From Burkholderiales bacterium UBA4615 (GTDB lineage Bacteria; Pseudomonadota; Gammaproteobacteria; Burkholderiales; Burkholderiaceae_E): DNA of 64,000 nt. This document shows positions 50,736-59,424 of this stretch, piece after piece. The stretch is taken from NCBI GenBank assembly GCA_002386465.1, contig DGIT01000140.1, positions 89,354 to 153,353 on the forward strand. Reading direction: 5' to 3'. The first letter of the stretch is position 1. Each line of letters opens with the position of its first letter. A program made the position numbers and the translations under genes. Below the pieces are notes generated by a model. It was given only the letters and a program-made list of their open reading frames with translations, was not told where the DNA came from and ran no database searches.

Positions 50736-51857
50736 ATGCGCACCCTACGCGCACTGAGGCTGCTGGCGGGGCCTGCTGCGCGCATGCAAATCGCCCGGCA
50801 CGGACTGCAGCCACAGGATGTGGCTGGTGTCGCGGCTGCCGCAGGCGGGCCGAAAGGCCTGGCCTTCCTGCACCTGGACACCTGGCTCTTTGGTGAATGG
50901 TTGGCGCAGTCAGAGCGGCCACGCCTGCTGGCCGGCGCATCCATCGGCGCCTGGCGAATGGCTGCCGCGGTACACCCCGACGGTCCTGCCGCCACCGCTC
51001 GGCTGGGCGAGGCCTATCTCGAATGTCAGCGCTATCGCCTTCAGCCTCCCACGCATGAGGTCTCGCAGGCCTGCGCCCAGGTGGTCGATGCCATGCTCGG
51101 CCCGGTGCCCGCCTTCATCAATGGTGCGTCCCGCAGCCATACCCTGGCGGTCATCACGGCCCGCGCCCGCGGCGCGCTCTCGCGTGATGCACGCAAGCGC
51201 GACTTCATCCGCCCGGCGCTCGCCAATCTGATCTCGCGCAATCGGCTCGGGGCGCATCTGCAGCGGGTCGTGTTCGAGCATCGCGGCGCTGCCAACCCGC
51301 TTGAAGTGCCTTCAGGCGCAGGGCTGAAAGAGCTCATTGCCTCCGACAACGATCCCTTCGACACCGTGCAGGTGCCACTGCACGCACACAATGTCGCCCA
51401 GGCACTTCTGGCGTCGGGCAGTATTCCGCTGGTGGCACAGGCCGTGGTCAATCCTGCCGACGCGCCCACAGGGCAGTACTGGGATGGCGGGCTGATCGAC
51501 TATCACCTGTTGCTCAACTGGAGCCGTCTGGACGGGCTTGTGCTGTATCCGCACTTTGCGCCGTACCTCACTGCAGGCTGGCTCGACAAATCTCTGCCCT
51601 GGCGGCGCGCGGCCCAACGCGGCGCCTCAGCCGCGCTCAGTCGCATGGTGCTCGCCGTGCCCTCGCCAGAGTTGCTCGCGAAGCTGCCGGGCGGAAAACT
51701 GCCTGATCGCCGCGATTTTCATGTGCACGGCCTGGACCATGACCGCCGTATTCGACGGTGGCGTCAGGCCATGGCCGAATGTGAAGCGATGGTCGATGAC
51801 CTCGCCGGGTTCATCCGGCATCCCGACCCATCCCGGCTGGAGCCACTCGAAGCATGA
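50736..51857 (+). CDS. Patatin-like phospholipase family protein
   Basis: Oxyanion-hole-like AGGPKG, nucleophile elbow GASIG (GxSxG) and the catalytic Asp motif DGGLIDY. Confidence 0.78.
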   Translation: MRTLRALRLLAGPAARMQIARHGLQPQDVAGVAAAAGGPKGLAFLHLDTWLFGEWLAQSERPRLLAGASIGAWRMAAAVHPDGPAATARLGEAYLECQRYRLQPPTHEVSQACAQVVDAMLGPVPAFINGASRSHTLAVITARARGALSRDARKRDFIRPALANLISRNRLGAHLQRVVFEHRGAANPLEVPSGAGLKELIASDNDPFDTVQVPLHAHNVAQALLASGSIPLVAQAVVNPADAPTGQYWDGGLIDYHLLLNWSRLDGLVLYPHFAPYLTAGWLDKSLPWRRAAQRGASAALSRMVLAVPSPELLAKLPGGKLPDRRDFHVHGLDHDRRIRRWRQAMAECEAMVDDLAGFIRHPDPSRLEPLEA

Positions 51858-53056
51858 GGCGCACGCGCGGCAAAGCCTCGGGCCGATGGCATCTCATCGA
51901 TCTCGCCATCGTGGCAATCGCAGCAGGCATCGTCTATGCGAGCCTGGCGCGCCCCGGACGGATCGACTGCGCTCACGCTCTCTCCGGGCTGCTGCGCGAA
52001 TCGGTGCACGTGTCCGGCTCAGATCTGATCGGCAATGTGTTCGCCTACCTCCTGCTGGGTGGCGCGCTCGGATTGGCATGGCGCAGGCGCTCAGCGAGTG
52101 CGCTGGCAGGGGCAAGGCTGCGCGCGGGCCTGAGCGCCGTGGCCCTGTGCGCCCTGCTCTCCTTTTTGATGGAAGCAGCGCAAGCCTGCATGAGTGGCCG
52201 CGTGTCTTCGGGCATCGACCTGATCAACAACACGCTGGGCGCTGCGCTCGGCTGGCTAAGTGCGGTCTACCTTGCGCCGCTATGGCCGCGTGTGGCGCGC
52301 GCGCTTGCGCCCACTGCGCCCCAGCAGCGCATGCTCGCTGTGGTGGCACTGGCTGCACTCGCCTGGCTGGCTGCGCGCAGCGCGCCCTGGCTGCCACGGC
52401 TCGAGTTGCATGCCGCACGTGCGCGTGCAGTCGAAATGGCCCACATGATGGGTGCCCTTACGCTGCCGCAGCCCGCTTCATTCGCACGCGACGCCACGCA
52501 GTTCCTGGCACTCACCCTGGGTCTGACGCTGCCATGGCAGACCCGATGGCCGGCGGTCATGGCCATCACCCTGGCCGTGGGCAGTGCGCTTGCGGCCAGC
52601 CTGGTGGTGGCACGGCCCGCACTGGGCTACACCGCCTGGTGGGCCTTGCCCGCTGCGGGTCTGCTGGCCGTCGGCTTGTCCGGCCTCACAGCCCGGGTGC
52701 GCGGTGTGCTCATCCTGATCGTCGCCCTGGTGGCCGTGATGATGTTCGAACTGCGCCCGGGCACAGGGCCTGCGCGCGAGTTCAGCTGGCGCCTGCTCGT
52801 CCTGCACGGGAACGCGATCGCGGGCATGCAGACGGCCGCCTTTTTCGTGTGGTTCGGCATGACGTTCGCCGCGGCCGGTCGGGTCGTGGGTGGCCCGATG
52901 TGGCTGTGGGTTGCCTTGTCCCCGGTGCTGCTGGGCGCCCTCGAATGGCTGCAGACATTCACACCCGGACGCACACCCGATCTGTCTCCTCCAGTGCTGG
53001 GGTGCGCGGGCGCGGCGCTTGCGGCGGGGCTCTTGAGTTCGAGCAAGGGGCGCTGA
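51854..53056 (+). CDS. VanZ-like polytopic membrane protein
   Basis: The N-terminal roughly 150 aa have a VanZ-like pattern (FLMEAAQACMSGRVSSGIDLINNTLGAALGW), followed by further TM helices. The start overlaps the patatin stop (ATGA). Confidence 0.6.
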   Translation: MRRTRGKASGRWHLIDLAIVAIAAGIVYASLARPGRIDCAHALSGLLRESVHVSGSDLIGNVFAYLLLGGALGLAWRRRSASALAGARLRAGLSAVALCALLSFLMEAAQACMSGRVSSGIDLINNTLGAALGWLSAVYLAPLWPRVARALAPTAPQQRMLAVVALAALAWLAARSAPWLPRLELHAARARAVEMAHMMGALTLPQPASFARDATQFLALTLGLTLPWQTRWPAVMAITLAVGSALAASLVVARPALGYTAWWALPAAGLLAVGLSGLTARVRGVLILIVALVAVMMFELRPGTGPAREFSWRLLVLHGNAIAGMQTAAFFVWFGMTFAAAGRVVGGPMWLWVALSPVLLGALEWLQTFTPGRTPDLSPPVLGCAGAALAAGLLSSSKGR

Positions 53057-53163
53057 GTGCAGGTGCTCTCACTGCGGTGGCCCGATTCGCCTTCCCGCTG
53101 CACCGGGGCGCGATCGAAACCCGCTCGTCGTACACTCACCGGCCTCAAACCCTCACTTCCGAC

Positions 53164-53805
53164 ATGAAACGCATCCTTCGCCCCCTGATGCTGCGTACCG
53201 CGTGTGTGCTGTCCACCCTGATCACTGCAGGCCTGCTTCCATGGTCTGCAAGCCATGCGCAAACGGCTGCAGCAACGCCTGGCGCCTCGGTGACCAAGGC
53301 TGCGGCCGGCACCGACAACAAACTTGCGCTCGCCCGAGTCGCCAGGGTCACGGCGGTGGTCGAATCCAAGGACGATGCCGCCCGCAGTCTTGTGCTGCGC
53401 GGCCCGCGCGGGCGCACGCTCGCGGTCACGGCAAACGAGGGGGTCAGCAATTTCGACGCCATCAAGGTGGGCGACAAAGTCAGCGCCAAAGTCAGCGAGG
53501 CCGCCACGGTATCGGTGCGCAAAGGGGGCGATGGCATCCGCGAGAGCGCCGTGCGCGAAGGCGTGGCCAGTAGCGCAGGAGACGCGGGCGCCGGTGCGGC
53601 TGCAGCCCGCATGACCACGGTGGTCGCCAACGTCTGGGCGATCGATCGCAAGAAGCAGGTGCTGTCGCTGCGCGGCCCGAAGGGCAACGTCACCGACGTC
53701 GTGGTCAATGACCCTGCGAGCCTGAAGGGGCTGGCCATCGGTGATCAACTCGAAGTGAAATACGTCGAGGCGGTCGCGCTGGGCATCACCCGTTTGCCGA
53801 AGTAA
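53164..53805 (+). CDS. Secreted protein of unknown function with an internally duplicated domain
   Basis: Signal peptide [32 protein letters not shown]. Two homologous roughly 60-aa halves ([13 protein letters not shown]...[12 protein letters not shown] and [13 protein letters not shown]...[12 protein letters not shown]). This is the only credible part of the 755-aa ORF 51538-53805. Confidence 0.7.
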   Translation: MKRILRPLMLRTACVLSTLITAGLLPWSASHAQTAAATPGASVTKAAAGTDNKLALARVARVTAVVESKDDAARSLVLRGPRGRTLAVTANEGVSNFDAIKVGDKVSAKVSEAATVSVRKGGDGIRESAVREGVASSAGDAGAGAAAARMTTVVANVWAIDRKKQVLSLRGPKGNVTDVVVNDPASLKGLAIGDQLEVKYVEAVALGITRLPK

Positions 53806-53818
53806 ACCTGGAGTTCAC

Positions 53819-54913
53819 ATGTCTTTGCAATGCGGCATCGTCGGTCTGCCCAACGTCGGCAAGTCCACGCTCTTCAACGCGCTTACCAAGGCCGGCATCG
53901 CCGCCGAAAACTACCCGTTTTGCACGATCGAGCCGAACGTTGGCATCGTCGAGGTGCCCGATCCGCGCCTGGGTGCGCTGGCGGGCATCGTCAAGCCCGA
54001 GCGGGTCATGCCCGCCACCGTCGAGTTCGTCGACATTGCGGGCTTAGTGGCCGGTGCGTCCAAGGGCGAAGGCCTGGGCAACCAGTTTCTGGCCAACATC
54101 CGCGAAACCGATGCCATCGTGCATGTGGTGCGCTGCTTCGAAGACGAGAATGTGGTGCATGTCTCGGGCCGGGTCGATCCGCTTTCCGACATCGAGGTGA
54201 TCAACACCGAGCTGGCCCTGGCCGATATGGCCACGGTCGAAAAGACCCACGCCAAATACACCAAGCAGGCGCGCGCAGGCGGTGACAAGGAAGCTGCACG
54301 GCTGGTGGCCGTGCTCGAAAAATGCCTGGTGGTTTTGAATGAAGCCAGGCCAGTGCGCTCACTGGACCTGTACGAAGAAGAGAAAGCTCTCATCAAACCC
54401 CTGTGCCTGATCACCGCCAAGCCCACCATGTACGTGGCCAACGTGCGCGACAACGGGTTTGAAAACAACCCGCACCTCGATGCCGTGAAAAAAATGGCCG
54501 AGGCGGAAAAATCCGTGGTGGTGCCAGTGTGTGCCGCCATTGAAGCCGAGATCGGCGACATGGACGACGCCGACAAGGCAGTCTTCCTAGCCGACATGGG
54601 CATGACCGAACCGGGGCTCAATCGCGTGATCCGCGCAGCCTTCACACTGCTGGGTCTGCAGACCTATTTCACCGCAGGCGTGAAGGAAGTGCGCGCCTGG
54701 ACGGTACGGGTCGGCGCTACCGCCCCCCAAGCAGCCGCGGTGATCCACACCGACTTCGAAAAAGGCTTCATCCGCGCCGAGACCATCGCCTACGACGACT
54801 ACATCACCTGCAAAGGCGAGAGCGGCGCGAAAGAGAAAGGCAAGATGCGACTGGAGGGTAAGGACTATGTGGTGCATGACGGCGATGTCATGCACTTCCG
54901 CTTCAACGTCTGA
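53819..54913 (+). CDS. ychF: Redox-regulated ATPase YchF
   Basis: [23 protein letters not shown]...[11 protein letters not shown]...[21 protein letters not shown] and the C-terminal TGS-like domain ..[17 protein letters not shown]. Confidence 0.97.
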   Translation: MSLQCGIVGLPNVGKSTLFNALTKAGIAAENYPFCTIEPNVGIVEVPDPRLGALAGIVKPERVMPATVEFVDIAGLVAGASKGEGLGNQFLANIRETDAIVHVVRCFEDENVVHVSGRVDPLSDIEVINTELALADMATVEKTHAKYTKQARAGGDKEAARLVAVLEKCLVVLNEARPVRSLDLYEEEKALIKPLCLITAKPTMYVANVRDNGFENNPHLDAVKKMAEAEKSVVVPVCAAIEAEIGDMDDADKAVFLADMGMTEPGLNRVIRAAFTLLGLQTYFTAGVKEVRAWTVRVGATAPQAAAVIHTDFEKGFIRAETIAYDDYITCKGESGAKEKGKMRLEGKDYVVHDGDVMHFRFNV

Positions 54914-55015
54914 CGGTCGGGGCGGATTTCGGCGGTCCTCGCGGGACCTCTTCGGAATCGCAGCCTTAAGCGGCTCGGAGGTCTGATTCCACTTCGATGC
55001 GGAATCATGAATGAA

Positions 55016-55744
55016 TCAGTCCCGCTTGCGGAACACCACAACATGTTGCCAGGGCAGAGTGCTCACCGTGCGCTCCCAGTCCAGAGTAAAGACCGCGGCC
55101 TCGCGCTTGATCTGCGCCTCGCTCATCTTGTGCAGCGGCTTGATCGGCACGGTCGGGTCCTCGGCCTTGTACTCGACGAAAACAATGCGGCCGCCTGGCT
55201 TGAGGGCCTTCATGATGCTGGCCATGATCTCGTACGGGTAGGAAAGCTCGTGGTAGACGTCGACCATGATTGCTAGATCGACCGACGACGCGGGCAGCCT
55301 GACGTCGTCAACGCTGCCAAGCCGCGCCTCGATCTGCGTCAGCCCGCTGCGCTTCACGCCCGCCTGCAGCAGACTGATCATCTCTGGCTGCAGATCGACA
55401 GCCCAAACTTTGCCGCCCGGCATCACTGCCTGCGCCATTCGCCGCGACAGGTAACCCGTGCCCGCGCCGATATCGGCCACCACCATGCCAGCCTGCAGTT
55501 GGAGTGCGGCCAGCAAAAGGTCGGTGCGCTCTTCGCGATCACGCTCTGCGCGCTCGAGCCAGGCGGCGCCCTGCCAGCCCATCACTGCCGAGATCTCGCG
55601 CCCCATGTAGCGCTTGCCGATGCCGTCTGCGCTGGCAGTCATGGGGCTGTAGCGCTCTGAGGAAGCAGCGGATTGAGCGAGCGCCGTGCTGTTTGCCAGC
55701 AGCAACGCGACCCAAATGGTCCGCCAAAAAAATGGATGCGTCAT
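55016..55744 (-). CDS. Class I SAM-dependent methyltransferase with N-terminal signal/anchor sequence
   Basis: Motif I VVADIGAGTGYLSRRMA, motif post-I VWAVDLQ and VDLAIMVDVYHEL. The N-terminus MTHPFFWRTIWVALLLANSTALAQS is hydrophobic. Confidence 0.8.
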   Translation of the reverse strand: MTHPFFWRTIWVALLLANSTALAQSAASSERYSPMTASADGIGKRYMGREISAVMGWQGAAWLERAERDREERTDLLLAALQLQAGMVVADIGAGTGYLSRRMAQAVMPGGKVWAVDLQPEMISLLQAGVKRSGLTQIEARLGSVDDVRLPASSVDLAIMVDVYHELSYPYEIMASIMKALKPGGRIVFVEYKAEDPTVPIKPLHKMSEAQIKREAAVFTLDWERTVSTLPWQHVVVFRKRD

Positions 55745-55807
55745 CGCGTTGCTAGAGCTAAGCCGCCGGCCTTTGCTGATGAAGGCAACGGTAGCCTTTC
55801 GTGCAAG

Positions 55808-55990
55808 TCAACGGGTGCGTGCATGAGGCACGGACTGGACTTGAACCTCATCAGCAGGCTCGATTGCAACTGGATGGTTCAACGGGGTCTGGCACATCTT
55901 TTCGCCATCCCATTGTTGACCACACCAGCAGCGGCCCTCCAGATCGATAATGCAGGTACCACTGCCACAGCAGCGCGGGTCGTCATTCAT
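55808..55990 (-). CDS. Small (60 aa) cysteine-rich hypothetical protein
   Basis: MNDDPRCCGSGTCIIDLEGRCWCGQQWDGEKMC has six Cys and three Trp in the first 33 residues. AAGGA lies 9 nt upstream of the ATG. Codon usage is atypical, so coding status is not certain. Confidence 0.5.
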   Translation of the reverse strand: MNDDPRCCGSGTCIIDLEGRCWCGQQWDGEKMCQTPLNHPVAIEPADEVQVQSVPHARTR

Positions 55991-56141
55991 GTGAAGGAGT
56001 CCTTGTATCCAGAGGGGCAGCCAAGATTCGGCTCAGCATAGCAAGCCCGCGCCAGCATCCACCAAGCCAGGGGCTGTTCTCAGTTAACTTCAGGTGATAA
56101 AACCACCGGGCAGGTCAATACTGACCCGGGCCTGCGCAAGC

Positions 56142-56774
56142 TCAATCGCCCAGATCAACGACCCCGGTCAGCACGGCCTCCGACAGCCCTTCGGGCAATG
56201 TGTAGTCCGCGATGACCCAGGCTTGCAGCGCTTGCGCCGCCTTCTCAGTCAGGAACTCGCTCAGCGCCCGGCATGACGTTGCATCCAGTGCCGCATACGG
56301 CATATCGAGGAGCACCAGCTCGGCATCCCCCGCCAATGCGGCCGTGAGCCACAGCTTGCGGCGTGTGCCCGTCGACAACATGAAGAGCGACTTCTCCAGA
56401 TGCGCGTTCAGGGCGAGGGTTTCGAGACAGCGGCGCGCCATGCGCTCATCCCACTGCGAACAGACTGCGCGTCGATCCTGCAGCCACTGACTCGCGGTCT
56501 GCGTGCCGCTGGACGCTGCATCAGGATCAACCCAATACACCGTCTGCACGGACCGATGCAGCACACCGCCGCTGGGTGCCAGTACGCCTGCCATCATTTG
56601 CAGCAGGCCAGTCTTGCCGCGCCCGTCGCCGCCTCGCACCAGGGTCAGGCCCGGATACACCGCGAACGACAGCTCGGTGAACACCACCGCACCCGGGTAC
56701 ACCAAGGCCAGGCGCTCGGCGCGAAGCACGGGGGTTCCGCAGTCCTGAACATGGGGGCGTGAGGGGGTGTTCAT
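56142..56774 (-). CDS. ABC-type ATP-binding protein with degenerate catalytic motifs
   Basis: Walker A GGDGRGKTG, signature-like LSTGTRRK, Walker B LVLLDMP (Met where the catalytic Glu is expected), D-loop AALD, and no His at the H-loop position (VIADYT). Confidence 0.75.
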   Translation of the reverse strand: MNTPSRPHVQDCGTPVLRAERLALVYPGAVVFTELSFAVYPGLTLVRGGDGRGKTGLLQMMAGVLAPSGGVLHRSVQTVYWVDPDAASSGTQTASQWLQDRRAVCSQWDERMARRCLETLALNAHLEKSLFMLSTGTRRKLWLTAALAGDAELVLLDMPYAALDATSCRALSEFLTEKAAQALQAWVIADYTLPEGLSEAVLTGVVDLGD

Positions 56775-57553
56775 CGGGCAGGCGGCAAGCTGTTCTTGAG
56801 ATCCAGAAACGGCTGCTGCGAGACACTGATGAAGCGACTCTGCGGGCGATCGAGGACGGCAATGAGGGTGACCACCAGCGCGAAGGCGGCTGCCAGCACG
56901 GGCACCAGCCGCGAGCGCTTCGCTTCATCGACCGCATTGACGTATCCGATGGTCATGGCGCCCATCAGCAGCAAGACCGCAAGCGCCGCCCAGATGCCGG
57001 TCGCAATGCGGTTCTGAAGCCCTATTGCAATGCGGTTGGATTGCAGATCGCCCAGCGCGTTGACAGCCTGCACCAGTTGCCCGGAGAGGTTCGTGTTCGG
57101 GTCACGTTGCGCATGGGCGAGCGCGGTTTGCCACAGCGCAGCCTGAATCGGTGGTGTTTGCCCGGCCGCTGCAAGCATCTGGGCCGGGTCGTGTGAGGCA
57201 TGAGCCGCCAGCCGCACATCCACATACTGACGAATCAGCGCCTGCGCCTGCGGACGTTCAGCCGCGGGCAGGATATCGAGCAGCTGATTCACGGCAGCGA
57301 TGGCATTGGCCTCGTCGCGCACCAGGGTCGAGCGGGTGTCATAGCGGTCAGCCACCAGGCCGAAGGTAAAACTGAGAATGAAGGCGGTCAGGCCAGTCAC
57401 CGCAGTCGAAATCACCGAGGCGGTTGATTGACGTTCGGTGTCACCCGCTCGGCCCGCGCCCAAAGCGCGACCGCCCTTCAAGCCCAGTTCAACGCCCAAT
57501 GCCACCAGCGCGAAGGTCGCTGCAAAAACCAGCCAGATCGGGATGTCATTCAT
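56771..57553 (-). CDS. Membrane protein, DUF4239/bestrophin-like (assignment from memory)
   Basis: Two N-terminal and two C-terminal TM helices flank a helical soluble region (FTFGLVADRYDTRSTLVRDEANAI...). ATG 57553 was chosen, and the stop overlaps the ATG of the next gene (ATGA). Confidence 0.6.
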   Translation of the reverse strand: MNDIPIWLVFAATFALVALGVELGLKGGRALGAGRAGDTERQSTASVISTAVTGLTAFILSFTFGLVADRYDTRSTLVRDEANAIAAVNQLLDILPAAERPQAQALIRQYVDVRLAAHASHDPAQMLAAAGQTPPIQAALWQTALAHAQRDPNTNLSGQLVQAVNALGDLQSNRIAIGLQNRIATGIWAALAVLLLMGAMTIGYVNAVDEAKRSRLVPVLAAAFALVVTLIAVLDRPQSRFISVSQQPFLDLKNSLPPAR

Positions 57554-57572
57554 CTGAAAACCATTCCATTGA

Positions 57573-59264
57573 TCAGTGCACGGCCACCTTGGCGCGTGTC
57601 GGCTCGCTGCTGCGCGCCTCATCACGCAGGCGCTTCGACTCCTCCAGCAGATAGGTCTGGTAGTCGTCCAGATCGCCTTCGAAGGGCGCGAGCGTCCCCC
57701 GCCCGATCAGCCAGAACTCATCGCACACACTGCGCAACAGCGCCCGATCGTGGCTCACCAGCATGAGCGTGCCTTCAAACTGATTGAGCGCCATGGCCAG
57801 GGCCTCGCGCGTGACCAGGTCCAGGTGGTTGGTGGGCTCATCGAGCAGCAGCAGGTTGGGGCGTTGCCAGACCATCATGGCAAGCACCAGCCGCGCTTTC
57901 TCGCCGCCGCTCATCGTGCCCACCGCCTGACGGATCATGTCGGTGCCGAAATTGAAGCTGCCCAGAAAGCCGCGCAGGGCCTGCTCGCCGGAGGGCTCGC
58001 GCGATGCACCGCCCGCCTCGCGTGCCAAGCGGACCATGTGCTCAAGCGGCGTGTCCTGCGGTCTCAGCACATCAAGCTCCTGCTGCGCGAAATATCCGAT
58101 CGTCAGGCCCTTGCCTTCGGTAATAGTGCCGCCTAGCGCATTCAGATCACGGGCGATCGTCTTGACGACGGTCGACTTACCCTGCCCGTTGGCACCCAGA
58201 ATGCCAATGCGCTGCCCCGCCAGCACTGAGCGGCTCACCTTGCGCACGATCACACGCGGCGCGCCCTCCACCACATAGCCAAAGTCGGCGCCCGTGATCG
58301 AGAGCATGGGGTTGGGCAAGCGCTCGGGCTCCTTGAACGCAAATTCAAAGTCGGCCGTGGCCAGCATGGGCGCCACTTTTTCCATGCGCTCGATCGCCTT
58401 CACACGGCTTTGTGCCTGCTTGGCCTTGCTGGCCTTCGCCTTGAAGCGATCGATGAACTTCTGCAGATGCGCAATCTTGTCCTGCTGCTTGGCGAAGGCC
58501 GCCTGTTGCAGCAGCAGCTGTTCTGAGCGCATTTCCTCAAACTTGCTGTAGTTGCCGCCGTAACGCACCAGTTGCGCGTTATCGATATGCAGCGTCACTG
58601 AAGTCACTGCATCCAGAAATTCGCGGTCGTGGCTGATCACGATCATCGTGCCGGCATACGACTTCAACCACGCCTCCAACCAGACCAGTGCATCAAGATC
58701 TAGGTGATTGGTCGGTTCATCGAGCAGCAGCAGATCGCTGGGGCACATCAGCGCCCGCGCCAGTTGCAGTCGCATGCGCCAGCCACCCGAAAAACTGTTC
58801 ACCGGCTGCTCAAGCTCGTGCACCCCAAAGCCCAGCCCCAGGATCAGGGCCTGCGCACGCGCGCTGGCATCGTGTTCGCCTGCGTCGGCCAGATCGCTGT
58901 AGACATGCGCAATCGCCATGCCCGCTTCCTCGTCATTCGGGTCGGCGGCAAAACGGGTCTCGGCCGCCTCAAGTGCCGCGCGCAGTTCGGTGAGCCGTGT
59001 ATCGCCCCCGATCACGAACGCGGTGGCGCCGTCCTCGGTCTCAGGCATGTCCTGCGCCACCTGAGCCAGGCGCCATTGCCGCGGAAACGAAAAGTCACCG
59101 GCGTCTTCATGCAAGCTGCCGTTGAGCAGACCGAAGAGCGTGGATTTGCCCACCCCATTGCGCCCGACCAGACCGACTTTCTCACCAGGGGTAATCGTGA
59201 CCGAGGTGCGATCGAGCAGGACCTTGGCACTGCGGCGCAGGACCAGATTGCGAAGAGAGATCAA
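57573..59264 (-). CDS. ABC-F family ATPase (tandem ABC domains, no TM domain)
   Basis: Two cassettes: GRNGVGKST / FSGGWRMRLQLAR / LLLLDEPTNHLD, and GANGQGKST / MSGGEKARLVLAM / LLLLDEPTNHLD. The interdomain linker is typical of YheS/Uup-type proteins. Confidence 0.9.
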   Translation of the reverse strand: MISLRNLVLRRSAKVLLDRTSVTITPGEKVGLVGRNGVGKSTLFGLLNGSLHEDAGDFSFPRQWRLAQVAQDMPETEDGATAFVIGGDTRLTELRAALEAAETRFAADPNDEEAGMAIAHVYSDLADAGEHDASARAQALILGLGFGVHELEQPVNSFSGGWRMRLQLARALMCPSDLLLLDEPTNHLDLDALVWLEAWLKSYAGTMIVISHDREFLDAVTSVTLHIDNAQLVRYGGNYSKFEEMRSEQLLLQQAAFAKQQDKIAHLQKFIDRFKAKASKAKQAQSRVKAIERMEKVAPMLATADFEFAFKEPERLPNPMLSITGADFGYVVEGAPRVIVRKVSRSVLAGQRIGILGANGQGKSTVVKTIARDLNALGGTITEGKGLTIGYFAQQELDVLRPQDTPLEHMVRLAREAGGASREPSGEQALRGFLGSFNFGTDMIRQAVGTMSGGEKARLVLAMMVWQRPNLLLLDEPTNHLDLVTREALAMALNQFEGTLMLVSHDRALLRSVCDEFWLIGRGTLAPFEGDLDDYQTYLLEESKRLRDEARSSEPTRAKVAVH

Positions 59265-59424
59265 AACAAAGCCGATACGAAGGACGAACGAGGCGAGACG
59301 ATACAGGCACTCGCAGCCCCCACCCCGATTCGCCCGCCCGGACCACCGGCGCCACCTCCCGGTCGCAACGGTTCAGACCGATCGCTGACCGCCTGAGCCG
59401 GGCACAGTCGGTCAGCTCATCGCA

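Noticed and set aside
51538-53163. N-terminal 540 aa of the 755-aa plus-strand ORF 51538-53805
   Set aside because: The composition is Arg/Ala/Gly/Cys/His-rich nonsense. It overlaps the patatin 3' end and the whole VanZ-like gene in another frame. Only the last 213 codons (from ATG 53164, with a signal peptide) look like a real protein.
54914-55015. Terminators between the convergent ychF and methyltransferase genes (GGTCC-tcgcg-GGACC; GATTCC-N10-GGAATC)
   Set aside because: The stems are short (5-6 bp) and lack convincing U-tracts. They are plausible but too weak to list as features.
55808-55990. Cys-rich 60-aa ORF as a RiPP/lanthipeptide-type precursor exported by the neighbouring ABC protein
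   Set aside because: The cluster has no recognisable maturation enzyme (LanM/LanB, YcaO, radical SAM or protease). The ABC protein has no transmembrane or peptidase domain. The Cys residues lie at the N-terminus rather than in a C-terminal core after a leader. It is kept only as a low-probability alternative.
55673-56041. 122-aa plus-strand ORF overlapping the Cys-rich ORF
   Set aside because: It has no motifs, no plausible ribosome-binding site that I could see, and low-complexity composition. The minus-strand reading gives a far more structured Cys/Trp pattern and matches the direction of all neighbouring genes. The choice remains unverified.
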